The notes below the pieces were generated by a model that did not search any database, was not told the DNA's origin, and saw nothing but the letters and a program-made list of their open reading frames with translations. This document shows positions 1-7,667 of a DNA stretch of 11,426 nucleotides, piece after piece. This DNA comes from an uncultured bacterium (GTDB lineage Bacteria; CSSED10-310; CAZUFC01): the NCBI GenBank assembly GCA_964619725.1, contig CAZUFC010000196.1, forward strand, positions 1 through 11,426. Direction: 5' to 3'. Each line of letters opens with the position of its first letter. Within the stretch, counting starts at the first letter, position 1. Position numbers and translations under genes: made by a program.

Positions 1-32
1 AAAGTTCTTTTTGAGTATCGAGATCACAATTT

Positions 33-58
33 GTAACCCCTATTTGATCAGTCCCAAA
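33..58. repeat. Short dispersed repeat GTAACCCCnATTTGATCAGTCCCAAA, copy 1
   Basis: Matches 9880-9905 at 23/26 positions. A third, more degenerate copy lies at ~4917-4941. Confidence 0.65.
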
Positions 59-95
59 AAAATGGACAACATTCACAAAAGCTATCGTTATAAGC

Positions 96-199
96 CCCCC
101 TGTTTCCCCCCGCGAGCGGGGGGACGAAGATGGTTGCTGATATGTTATTATAAATAAAGACTAAATAAAGTCCCCCCGCCTGCGGGGGGATTTAGGGGG
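96..199. repeat. Inverted pair of GC-rich REP-like palindromes (REPIN-like doublet)
   Basis: 96-125 CCCCCTGTTTCCCCCCGCGAGCGGGGGGAC and 170-199 GTCCCCCCGCCTGCGGGGGGATTTAGGGGG are reverse complements at 25/30 positions. Each also folds on itself (TCCCCCCGC-NN-GCGGGGGGA). The spacer is 44 bp and AT-rich. Confidence 0.75.
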
Positions 200-299
200 T
201 GATCGTTCAAGTCGACGAACGTCCAATTTATATTCCCGATTTTTTATCAGATTTATTTCATTTATATTCAAATAATTAACATGTCTACTTTTTTGATTA

Positions 300-337
300 T
301 ACGTGACCTTGACGATATCTGATTTTTGATCAATGCC
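300..337 (-). repeat. Isolated end of the TGATCA element family, reverse orientation
   Basis: The reverse complement of 323-337 is GGCATTGATCAAAAA, identical to 7285-7299. It is followed inward by AAGGTCACG, resembling the GAGGTTACG block of the other copies. Confidence 0.6.
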
Positions 338-369
338 CTTATTTTGAAGGATATCATGTCCTTCGAAAT

Positions 370-413
370 TGAGAAGCCCCGAAGGAGACCAAAGAATCTT
401 CGGGGCATTCTCA
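370..413 (-). terminator. Stem-loop downstream of the UPF0182 gene, probable terminator
   Basis: TGAGAAGCCCCGAAG (370-384) pairs with CTTCGGGGCATTCTCA (398-413), about 80 nt past the stop. A second hairpin, CCGGTTC-ATGC-GAACCGG, lies at 427-444. The U-tract is weak. Confidence 0.45.
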
Positions 414-494
414 TCTATGTGAACTGCCGGTTCATGCGAACCGGACAGGTTTAAGACTATTCAGCTATTTTTGATTATGTTCTTTGTCTAATAA

Positions 495-3323
495 TCAATC
501 CTTTTTTGAGGGCATTTCGGACAGGCGGTCCAATGCCTGCTGGAGTTTTTGAAGTGCCTCGGCGGCATCGTTGAACTTTTTTTGTCCCAGTGAGTTGAGG
601 TAGTTCTGAAAAGACTGGTCGGCCTGTTGAATCAACGATTCGAGCGATGCGGGAGGAGCGCCGGCAGCGGGCAGGGTTTCTGGTTTTACGCCTTCCAGCA
701 ATCCCTGCAGCGCTTTATCGAAAGTTTCAGCGTAGCTCAGGGTATCGCCGTGCATGAGAGCGACCAGCCTCAATTCGGGATAGGCTGCGGTTTCCGCCTG
801 CAGATAGATGGGTTCGACGTAGAGCAGCGTTTCGCCGATGGGAATGGCCAGCACGTTGCCCCTTATTACGTTGGAGCCTCGCTGGTCCCACAGCGTCAAC
901 TGGCCGGAGAGCACCCTGTCCTGGTCTATCTTGGTTTCCACTTGCTGAGGGCCCAGAATTCTTTTTTCTTTGGGAAATTTATAGGCCAGGAAGCGTCCGT
1001 AATTTCCGGGATCGCACATTCCGGCTATCCAGCCTATGAGCACCTGCCTGTTTTTCGGCGTAAAGGGCAGAATGAGGACAAATTCTGGTTCATCGGATTC
1101 CGGCAGTTCCCACATGACGTAATAGGGTTCGACCGGCTGCACATGGTCGTAGTATTTTTCCGTGGCCCTTACCCAGAGGTCCTCCTGATTATAGAAAACA
1201 GTCGGGTCGCTCATATGATATTTCGCATACACCAGTCCCTGGATGAGCAGCATATCGACGGGATACCGGATATGGTCCATAAGAGACTCCGGCATAGCGT
1301 TTTTTTCCTTGAAGAGGTTCGGGAAGATGCTTTTCCAGACGCGAATAATGGGATCGTCAGGTTCGAAAACGTAAAAATCGACAGTCCCTTCGAAAGCGTC
1401 TAAAACGACCTTGACGGAATTCCGTATATAGTTAATTCCTGCTAGCGGTCCGCCCACGTCGGACATAAGATATCCGCCGTTGCGGTTGTTCCTGTATTCT
1501 ATTGATTCCCTTCCGGATATCGGCTCGCTGTAGGGAAACGAAGAAGAGGTCGTGTAGCCGTCGATTATCCAGTAGAGATTCCCCTCTGAAAGAACTATGT
1601 ACGGGTCCTTGTCGAACTTGAGGAAAGGGGCCAGGGTCTGCACCCGTTCGCGTATCTGACGATGGAACATTATGCGGCTTTCTTCACGGGGATAGCTGGA
1701 TAGAAACAATCGCGTGCCGTCGAACTTCCACCCGAAAAGGAATTTTCTCCACAAATTCCTGATTTGTACGCCTCCATCCCCATCATAACGTATATATACG
1801 TTTTTTTCTCCGCTGGGATAGTCCAGCTCTTCTTCTTCACTGTTCACTATTACATGAGAAAGGGTGAGTTCTCCGTAGTAGATTCTCGGTTGAGAGACTT
1901 CCAGAGAGGGATGTTTACTTACGGGAGGAATGTCTTTCACGAGGAGGTTGGGTAGTCCGTCAGGAGTGAAGTCATGCACGGTGTTCAAAGTGATCCCGTT
2001 TCCATGCGTATATTTGAATCTCTTGTTGACGAAAGTTTGACTCTGTTCGGGCAAATTATCCAGTTCCATTTCACGGGCGGCGATCATTACTTGCCTATAA
2101 GCGTCCTGAATGGTGTAACGGTCGATATCCACATCCACGAATTCATAGTAGAGCCGTATTTCCTGGAATTGCTTGTATACCGCATCAAGCGCCCGCCAGT
2201 CCCACAGCCTGATGTTGTCGAATATTTTCTGATTTTCCTGAACTGTTTCCTTTGTGAATTTTTCCGAAGCCGGATATTCCCGCACTTCTACCTTATCCAG
2301 GCCGAATCCCAGCCGTGTGAATTCGATGTTATTGGAAATATAAGGTTTTTCAAAGGTGATTTCATTGGGTTCAACGCGCAGCCACTGGAAAAGTCCGGGC
2401 ACGACAGTCAGCGCCAGAAACCAGAGGATCAGCATGGAAGCGAAGACGACCGCAGGCGTAGTTATTTCGGAAATTCTCCTCCGGATATTTTTAGATTCAA
2501 GAAGGCTGGTGAGTTTTTCTCTTGCTGCCGGCAGGAGCAAAAAAAGCCCTGCAATGACTGATGTCGCGGCCGCGACCCAGTATGCGGGAAGTCTAATATG
2601 AACGTCCGTCCATCCCGCTCCCGTAACGGCGCCCCAGCTTGAGTAAAGAAGATGATACCGGTTCACAAATTTACCGTAACCTAGGACGAATATCAGGAAT
2701 ACAAGACTGATGATAACGGAATGATATAAACGCTTTTCGGTATTTCGATCTTCTTCTGCGGAACGAAATTCAAGCTCCTGGTCCTGGAAGCGCAGATAAC
2801 CGGCCGCCAGTATGGAAATGACGGACAAAAGAGAGAAAAGCAGTAAAAGCGCATAAACCGCGTCCAGGAACGGCAGGGTGAAAAGATAAAAACCCGTGTC
2901 CCTTCCTAATATCGGATCGGTCGTGCCCGTTGATGCTCCATAAAAAAATTTCAAAATGACCGACCAGTTCGATATTCCCCAGATGAAACCGATCAGCGCT
3001 CCCCCGCCGCGGTTTATCCGGCGGGTCAATTTTTTCTTTTCAGGAACCGGCAGCGTGATTAACGTCAGAATCACCCAGCCGATCACGGCGCTGCCGGTCC
3101 CGAACATCACTTTAGTCAGGAACAGGGTCCAGAATCTTTTGTTATAACCGAGCGAACGGAACCACAGCATCTCGCCCCAAAAATCCATGAATTGAAAGAA
3201 CAGGTAAGCGGCTATCGCCACAAAAACCCCGGCTATGAAGGTTCCGTATTTTTTGTTTCTTATCCCGCGATAGAGCAGCCAGCCCGACAAAGCCAGCCAC
3301 AATATGATGATTAGAGTATACAA
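495..3323 (-). CDS. UPF0182 family multi-pass membrane protein
   Basis: 942 aa with a hydrophobic N-terminal half. Family motifs recognised: LWFRSLGY, DPILGRDTGFYLFTLP, GAGWTDVH, EKPYI..NIEFTR, NIRLWD, YYEFVDVDIDRY, YTHG, PRIYYGE, NYIRNSVK, HIRYP, FYNQEDLW, VIRGNVLAIPI, YVEPIYLQA, YPELR. TTG start with an AAGGAG RBS upstream. Confidence 0.93.
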   Translation of the reverse strand: MYTLIIILWLALSGWLLYRGIRNKKYGTFIAGVFVAIAAYLFFQFMDFWGEMLWFRSLGYNKRFWTLFLTKVMFGTGSAVIGWVILTLITLPVPEKKKLTRRINRGGGALIGFIWGISNWSVILKFFYGASTGTTDPILGRDTGFYLFTLPFLDAVYALLLLFSLLSVISILAAGYLRFQDQELEFRSAEEDRNTEKRLYHSVIISLVFLIFVLGYGKFVNRYHLLYSSWGAVTGAGWTDVHIRLPAYWVAAATSVIAGLFLLLPAAREKLTSLLESKNIRRRISEITTPAVVFASMLILWFLALTVVPGLFQWLRVEPNEITFEKPYISNNIEFTRLGFGLDKVEVREYPASEKFTKETVQENQKIFDNIRLWDWRALDAVYKQFQEIRLYYEFVDVDIDRYTIQDAYRQVMIAAREMELDNLPEQSQTFVNKRFKYTHGNGITLNTVHDFTPDGLPNLLVKDIPPVSKHPSLEVSQPRIYYGELTLSHVIVNSEEEELDYPSGEKNVYIRYDGDGGVQIRNLWRKFLFGWKFDGTRLFLSSYPREESRIMFHRQIRERVQTLAPFLKFDKDPYIVLSEGNLYWIIDGYTTSSSFPYSEPISGRESIEYRNNRNGGYLMSDVGGPLAGINYIRNSVKVVLDAFEGTVDFYVFEPDDPIIRVWKSIFPNLFKEKNAMPESLMDHIRYPVDMLLIQGLVYAKYHMSDPTVFYNQEDLWVRATEKYYDHVQPVEPYYVMWELPESDEPEFVLILPFTPKNRQVLIGWIAGMCDPGNYGRFLAYKFPKEKRILGPQQVETKIDQDRVLSGQLTLWDQRGSNVIRGNVLAIPIGETLLYVEPIYLQAETAAYPELRLVALMHGDTLSYAETFDKALQGLLEGVKPETLPAAGAPPASLESLIQQADQSFQNYLNSLGQKKFNDAAEALQKLQQALDRLSEMPSKKD

Positions 3324-3341
3324 TTTGTTCGCTCCTTTGTG

Positions 3342-3381
3342 ATTTCGAAAAATTTACAATTAATTCGCAATTTTTCGAAAT
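3342..3381. promoter_or_regulatory. Perfect 13-bp inverted repeat in the HPF-CSD/UPF0182 intergenic gap
   Basis: ATTTCGAAAAATT (3342-3354) and AATTTTTCGAAAT (3369-3381) with a 14-nt spacer. It fills the space between the upstream stop and the UPF0182 RBS. Confidence 0.5.
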
Positions 3382-3971
3382 TAATAACTGGATTCACCCG
3401 GAATCCTTGAACCTGGTTTGTCGACGATCCGTACGCTTGTCGCCTGGGGGCCCTGTTGACCCTGTTCGCTTGTAAAATTTACCCCCGTTCCGATTTCCAG
3501 CCTGTCAAAATTCCCTTCCAGAACACTGTTGCGATGAAAATATATCTGATCCCCGTCGATTGTCCTGAGAAATCCATAGTCCCGATCAGGAAAAAGCTCC
3601 TCTACGTAAGCGATCATTTGCTGCTGCGGATGCATCTTAACCTCTCCCCGTTGTTTCTCGCTCAATTTTTTCAGCCGCTTCCGCGCCGCACTGAATGCAT
3701 TCTTCAATACGACTTCAAGCGGCGTATGCATATCCTCATCACCCGGTTCACGCGTAATGGCAAGCTGCGGACTGCCCGGCGCCGACATCTCCAGACGAAC
3801 GCGGTAGGGATTCCCGGTTCTTTGATGTTCATGCGGCTTCTCAACAGCAACCCGGCAACGAATTAAATTCGGATATACCCTGTCAAGCTTATCCGCTTCT
3901 CTTCTTATAAGATTCTCCAAATCCGGCGTTTTCTGAACATCTCGGAACGTTACTTCTAATGGTTCTCTCAA
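3381..3971 (-). CDS. HPF/RaiA-family ribosome-associated protein fused to a C-terminal cold-shock domain
   Basis: The N-terminus (PLEVTFRD..TPDLENLIRREADKL..CRVAVE..YRVRLE..LKNAFSAARKRLKK) fits the HPF/RaiA (sigma-54 modulation) fold. The C-terminus has cold-shock RNP motifs (YGFLRT.DG..IYFHRNSV, GPQATSV). TTG start with a GAGGAG RBS. Confidence 0.88.
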   Translation of the reverse strand: MREPLEVTFRDVQKTPDLENLIRREADKLDRVYPNLIRCRVAVEKPHEHQRTGNPYRVRLEMSAPGSPQLAITREPGDEDMHTPLEVVLKNAFSAARKRLKKLSEKQRGEVKMHPQQQMIAYVEELFPDRDYGFLRTIDGDQIYFHRNSVLEGNFDRLEIGTGVNFTSEQGQQGPQATSVRIVDKPGSRIPGESSY

Positions 3972-4034
3972 TTTTTCTCTCCTCTTCGCTTTAAATTATT
4001 TAAAATGACTCTCTATTCATCGTCCGTATAAATC

Positions 4035-4050
4035 AGCAAATTTTATGCCT
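4035..4050 (-). promoter_or_regulatory. Putative sigma-54 promoter for HPF-CSD/UPF0182
   Basis: The minus strand reads AGGCATAAAATTTGCT (GG-N10-GC, close to TGGCAC-N5-TTGCW), about 65 bp upstream of the start codon. Confidence 0.7.
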
Positions 4051-4058
4051 GATTACGC

Positions 4059-4170
4059 GCCATTGTTCGAAAATGCGTATTTTGAGGTTACGATTTTGTA
4101 GAATGTCCAACCATTCTGTTTCGACTTCGATCCCGATTACTGAAACAAGGTATCCTAAAGTAAAAAAAAG
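4059..4170 (+). repeat. TGATCA-family intergenic element, copy A
   Basis: 4061-4148 aligns without gaps to 10011-10098 at 67/88 identity. The right end is indistinct. Confidence 0.75.
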
Positions 4171-4273
4171 CGTTCCGTAAGCCAAACAGATATTTGTCGT
4201 TAAAGATCAGGTTGGCTAGTGTGAATTTTATACGCTGATTGTTTTGGTGGAAAAAATTGTAACAGCCGTGGGT

Positions 4274-4780
4274 TCAGTTCCGTTTGCGGGTCCCGAAGAT
4301 GTAACAGTTAAAAACAGCAAGCGCTATCGCCATTGCCGGCAGTGTAATCCACGACAGGTATATCCCGGGTGAGGGGTCAATAATCCCTTTTTCGCCGGCA
4401 AGCCATCGGATCGCATCGCGAAAATCAAATACGAGCGTGATTAACAATGTTTCAACGGCTGTGATTGCCCAGATGCCGAAAAGCGATGCCGGTACGATCC
4501 GTTGTGTTTTAAGCTCCCGGGCAAGATAGATAAGCAGGGGTAACCACAGGGCGAGATGCAGGAATGATATGAGGTAAGTGATTCCGTCGATGTGAACGAT
4601 GAGTAGAAGCAAGGGGACGAATACGGCAGTGAAAAGAGCTGCGATTTTACCCTGACGATGTTTTAGAAAAGCCAGGGGCATGAGCAGTATGACGAATCCC
4701 ATCCAGCCGAACCATATCCTCAGCAATGCCGGCAGCGAATCGAGCTGGGCTTGAATGTCTGCGAAAGTGTATTCAAACAT
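4274..4780 (-). CDS. Hypothetical integral membrane protein (~5 TM helices)
   Basis: 168 aa, ATG start with an AAGGAG RBS, several hydrophobic segments. Contains HLALWLPLLIYL and LVFDFRDAIRWLAGE motifs. No function recognised. Confidence 0.75.
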   Translation of the reverse strand: MFEYTFADIQAQLDSLPALLRIWFGWMGFVILLMPLAFLKHRQGKIAALFTAVFVPLLLLIVHIDGITYLISFLHLALWLPLLIYLARELKTQRIVPASLFGIWAITAVETLLITLVFDFRDAIRWLAGEKGIIDPSPGIYLSWITLPAMAIALAVFNCYIFGTRKRN

Positions 4781-5047
4781 GGAAAACTCCTTTCCAGCGG
4801 AATTTTGCGATTAAGTTTAACATAAGGATGATTTCACAGCCGGGGATTTCGAAAGACTGCGGCAGCAATGTCTGACAAGGAACATCGCAGATAAGGGGAA
4901 TAAAAATTTTTAAAGATTGTACCCCCCATTTGATCAAACCCCTTCTTTTCGGTCGTCAGAATCTGTTGTGGGAATTTTTGATCCGGCGCCTGTCCGTTAA
5001 ACATTTTTTTGGGGAAACAGATTCGGGCAGGCGCCGGTTTGAATTTA

Positions 5048-5335
5048 TCAAAGCATATCCAGGAATTTTTTCCAGGGCGTTGCAGTCATTATTTCCGTGT
5101 CGGCCTTGCCGTAGGCTTTAATGAGCATAGCCGCCCTTTTCACCTGTTCCAGACTATCCGATTCAACTATATCCACAACATCGAAACGTCCCGTTACCGC
5201 GTAACTATCCTTCCAATCCACGCCGGGACAGCTCTCTTTAATTTTCTCGGAAACCACTGCAGCTACATCCTTGAAATCCTTTGGTTCCTGGAAGGACTGA
5301 GGGGATATGCGGCTGAATATGATATAAGTCGTCAT
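5048..5335 (-). CDS. GYD-domain-containing protein
   Basis: 95 aa with an AGGAGG RBS. The pattern SYAVTGRFDVVDIVESDS..AAMLI..G..TEIMTA.PW fits the GYD family (motif here is GRFD). Confidence 0.8.
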   Translation of the reverse strand: MTTYIIFSRISPQSFQEPKDFKDVAAVVSEKIKESCPGVDWKDSYAVTGRFDVVDIVESDSLEQVKRAAMLIKAYGKADTEIMTATPWKKFLDML

Positions 5336-5535
5336 TTTTTACCTCCTTTTTGCAGAGTTACGAAAAGAATTGAACAAAATCAGAAAAGACCGCAGCGAGG
5401 ATTTAAGCAGGAGTTGCTTGAAAGGCGGCCGTTCTCCCGTCGGAAAACGGCAGAAAAAGAATGGATTGCTTTTTCTGTAAGTTGTAAGGAGAAACGGGCT
5501 GTCCTTTCTGTAACAAGTCATAGGGCTGCGCCGGC

Positions 5536-6531
5536 TTATTTCACCATTCTCAAGGCTTCCCTGATCATCTGTTCGGCGTAACCCCATTCGTTGTCGTACC
5601 AGCTCATCACTTTAACCAGGTCGCCGTCTATGACCTGGGTCATTTTAAGGTCTACGATAGAGGCATGAGGGTCTCCGATGATGTCGGATGAGACCAGCTC
5701 TTCTTCGCTGGCAGCCAGTATGCCTTTGTATCGATTGGTTTTTGACTCCTCTTTAAAAATTTCATTGACTTCTTCTACCGTAGTTTTTCTTTCGGTAAGA
5801 AACACCAGGTCGGCTATGGAGCCGACGGGAATAGGACCCCGGACGGCAACGCCGTCAAATTTTCCCTTGAATTGCGGCAGCGCTTTCGCAGTAGCGGCTG
5901 CAGCGCCTGTAGAGGTGGGCACAAAATTGGCTGCACCGGCCCGTCCTCTTCTCAATTTCTTATGCGGTCCGTCCACAATGCCCTGTGATGCCGTATAGGC
6001 ATGAATAGTCGTCATAGCGGCCTTGAGAACGCCGATTCTTCTGCCCATAACTTCGACGACCGGCGTAATGCAGTTGGTGGTGCAACTGGCGCAGGATATT
6101 ATCTGCGGCCTCTCTTCATCAGGTTTGTTGACTCCGTGCACTACTGTAGGAACATCATCGCTTTTTGCCGGCGCGGAAAGTATCACATGTTTTGCGCCTG
6201 CCTGAATATGCCGGGCCAGTTCATCCTTTTTCGTGAAAACGCCGGTACATTCGAAAACTATATCGATGTCCAGCTCTTTCCAGGGCAAATCAGCCGGGTC
6301 TTTATGATTGTAGAACATAAATGTGTCGTCGTCGATCCGAAGATTCCCGTCTTTATCGCTCACGCTCTTTTCATACCTTCCGTATGCCGTGTCGTATTTC
6401 AGCAGATAAATAAGCGATTTAATAGGCGCCAGGTCATTTATCGCCCTCAGTTTAAGTTCAGGCGTGTCGAGGATTATCTTCAACGCCGCTCTTCCTATTC
6501 TTCCCAATCCATTGATGGCGACATTCGTCAT
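5536..6531 (-). CDS. gap: Type I glyceraldehyde-3-phosphate dehydrogenase
   Basis: Rossmann motif INGLGRIGR, LLKYDT.YG, ECTG.F, catalytic ASCTTNC, TTIHAYTA, PTSTGAA, SWYDNEWGY. AAGGAGG RBS. Confidence 0.97.
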   Translation of the reverse strand: MTNVAINGLGRIGRAALKIILDTPELKLRAINDLAPIKSLIYLLKYDTAYGRYEKSVSDKDGNLRIDDDTFMFYNHKDPADLPWKELDIDIVFECTGVFTKKDELARHIQAGAKHVILSAPAKSDDVPTVVHGVNKPDEERPQIISCASCTTNCITPVVEVMGRRIGVLKAAMTTIHAYTASQGIVDGPHKKLRRGRAGAANFVPTSTGAAAATAKALPQFKGKFDGVAVRGPIPVGSIADLVFLTERKTTVEEVNEIFKEESKTNRYKGILAASEEELVSSDIIGDPHASIVDLKMTQVIDGDLVKVMSWYDNEWGYAEQMIREALRMVK

Positions 6532-6615
6532 GCGTTTCCTCCTTTGTTTTTGTTATTACAGGATATTTTCTAATGTTAGTTATGATTCATTCTGCAGATG
6601 TGCAACGATACGCCC

Positions 6616-7185
6616 TTATTCCCCGGATTCAGAAATCCCGATCACGCCGCAAGCTAAACGCGGACCGGCAGCGCCTGTCGGTTGGGTCGTCAGATCATCT
6701 TCACTTTTATGCACGATAACGGCCAAACCGATAATGGAATGAGGCCCTTTGAACGAAATATGCTTATCGATCCGCTCATAATGAGCCTTACCTGATGCAT
6801 CGGCAACGAGATTGCCCAGGTCGCCCACATGACGCTTCATGTCGCCGGGCGCAGCGTGAGGCATCTCCCCCGGATTATAATGACCGCCTGCCGACGTTGC
6901 GTCCGGCGCACTGCAATCTCCGTATTCATGGATATGGAATCCGTGTTTGCCGGGAGAAAGTCCCTTCACGTCAGCCGTTATTTTTATGCCCTCTTTCATT
7001 TTGGTGAATATTACCGCGCCCGTCACGTCGTTGCCTTCGGTCGGATGCAAGACCGCTATGGCTTGCTCCGGCGCGCCGGCTTTGCTCATCATCTCCTTCG
7101 CTTTCCCATAATTTTTGCCGGCCTGCATGCCCGTACCTGCCGATAAAATAATGGAAAACGCTATAATAATCGTTGAATATTTCAT
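6616..7185 (-). CDS. sodC: Exported Cu/Zn superoxide dismutase
   Basis: N-terminal signal peptide. Metal-ligand motifs HGFHIH, GGHYNP, PH, RHVGDLGN and VIVH are present, as are the disulfide Cys pair and the GPRLACG arginine. AGGAGG RBS. Confidence 0.95.
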   Translation of the reverse strand: MKYSTIIIAFSIILSAGTGMQAGKNYGKAKEMMSKAGAPEQAIAVLHPTEGNDVTGAVIFTKMKEGIKITADVKGLSPGKHGFHIHEYGDCSAPDATSAGGHYNPGEMPHAAPGDMKRHVGDLGNLVADASGKAHYERIDKHISFKGPHSIIGLAVIVHKSEDDLTTQPTGAAGPRLACGVIGISESGE

Positions 7186-7248
7186 CTTTTTATACCTCCT
7201 GTTGATGAATTTTCGTTAGTCCTGCCGATCAGGCTGCGACGTTAATGA

Positions 7249-7264
7249 AGCAAAAAACGTACCG
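7249..7264 (-). promoter_or_regulatory. Putative sigma-54 promoter for sodC (and probably gap)
   Basis: The minus strand reads CGGTACGTTTTTTGCT (GG-N10-GC), about 65 bp upstream of the sodC ATG. Confidence 0.65.
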
Positions 7265-7284
7265 TTGAACTGCGAGGAACAGAA

Positions 7285-7463
7285 GGCATTGATCAAAAAG
7301 CGCATTTCGAGTTTACGATTTATACTGGCTGAAGCGTATAAACATCCGGTTTTTGGGGAAATTTTGCGGTAAATTTTGTTTCGACGATTATACCGGCGCC
7401 GACCCCGATTACCGATATAAAATGCCCCCCGAATAAAAACAGCGCCGATTTTTGATCACTCCC
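7285..7463 (+). mobile_element. MITE-like TGATCA-family element, copy C, with terminal inverted repeats
   Basis: Left end GGCATTGATCAAAAA, right end ATTTTTGATCACTCCC. Interior blocks GCGCATTTCGAGTTTACGATTT and ATTTTGTTTCGA...CCGACCCCGATTAC match copies A and B. No transposase or target-site duplication is seen. Confidence 0.5.
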
Positions 7464-7496
7464 GCAAGCCATGCGGCGCTGCCGGGGAAACAACAA

Positions 7497-7512
7497 AGGC
7501 ATTAAAGTTGCA
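7497..7512 (+). promoter_or_regulatory. Putative sigma-54 promoter for the 672-aa secreted protein
   Basis: AGGCATTAAAGTTGCA (GG-N10-GC), about 155 bp upstream of the ATG and divergent from the sodC promoter. Confidence 0.65.
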
Positions 7513-7667
7513 AGGGCTATGGCTGCTATGGCGATTTTTGAAAAAACAGCGCCTGGAAGGGAGCGATGAAATTTTGGGAGCGCTATAACCGGATTAAGAC
7601 CGCGCTAAGGAAGAAAAAAAAATATTAACAAATCGGAATTTTAACTTTTTAAGAGGAGGAGAAGGAA

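Noticed and set aside
627-3147. Plus-strand ORFs of 63-258 aa inside the UPF0182 gene
   Set aside because: Antisense shadows of a well-supported gene, with no recognisable motifs.
6601-6616. Possible fifth sigma-54 motif upstream of gap (minus strand AGGGCGTATCGTTGCA)
   Set aside because: GG-N10-GC spacing is met, but the -24 box lacks the GGYA pattern and abuts the sodC stop codon. Too weak to call.
3456-7146. Plus-strand ORFs over HPF-CSD, GYD, gap and sodC, and the minus-strand ORF 5339..5587
   Set aside because: They overlap confidently identified genes on the opposite strand or in another frame, and their composition is not protein-like.
7320-7502. 60-aa minus-strand ORF
   Set aside because: It runs through repeat copy C and the plus-strand sigma-54 motif and has no convincing RBS.
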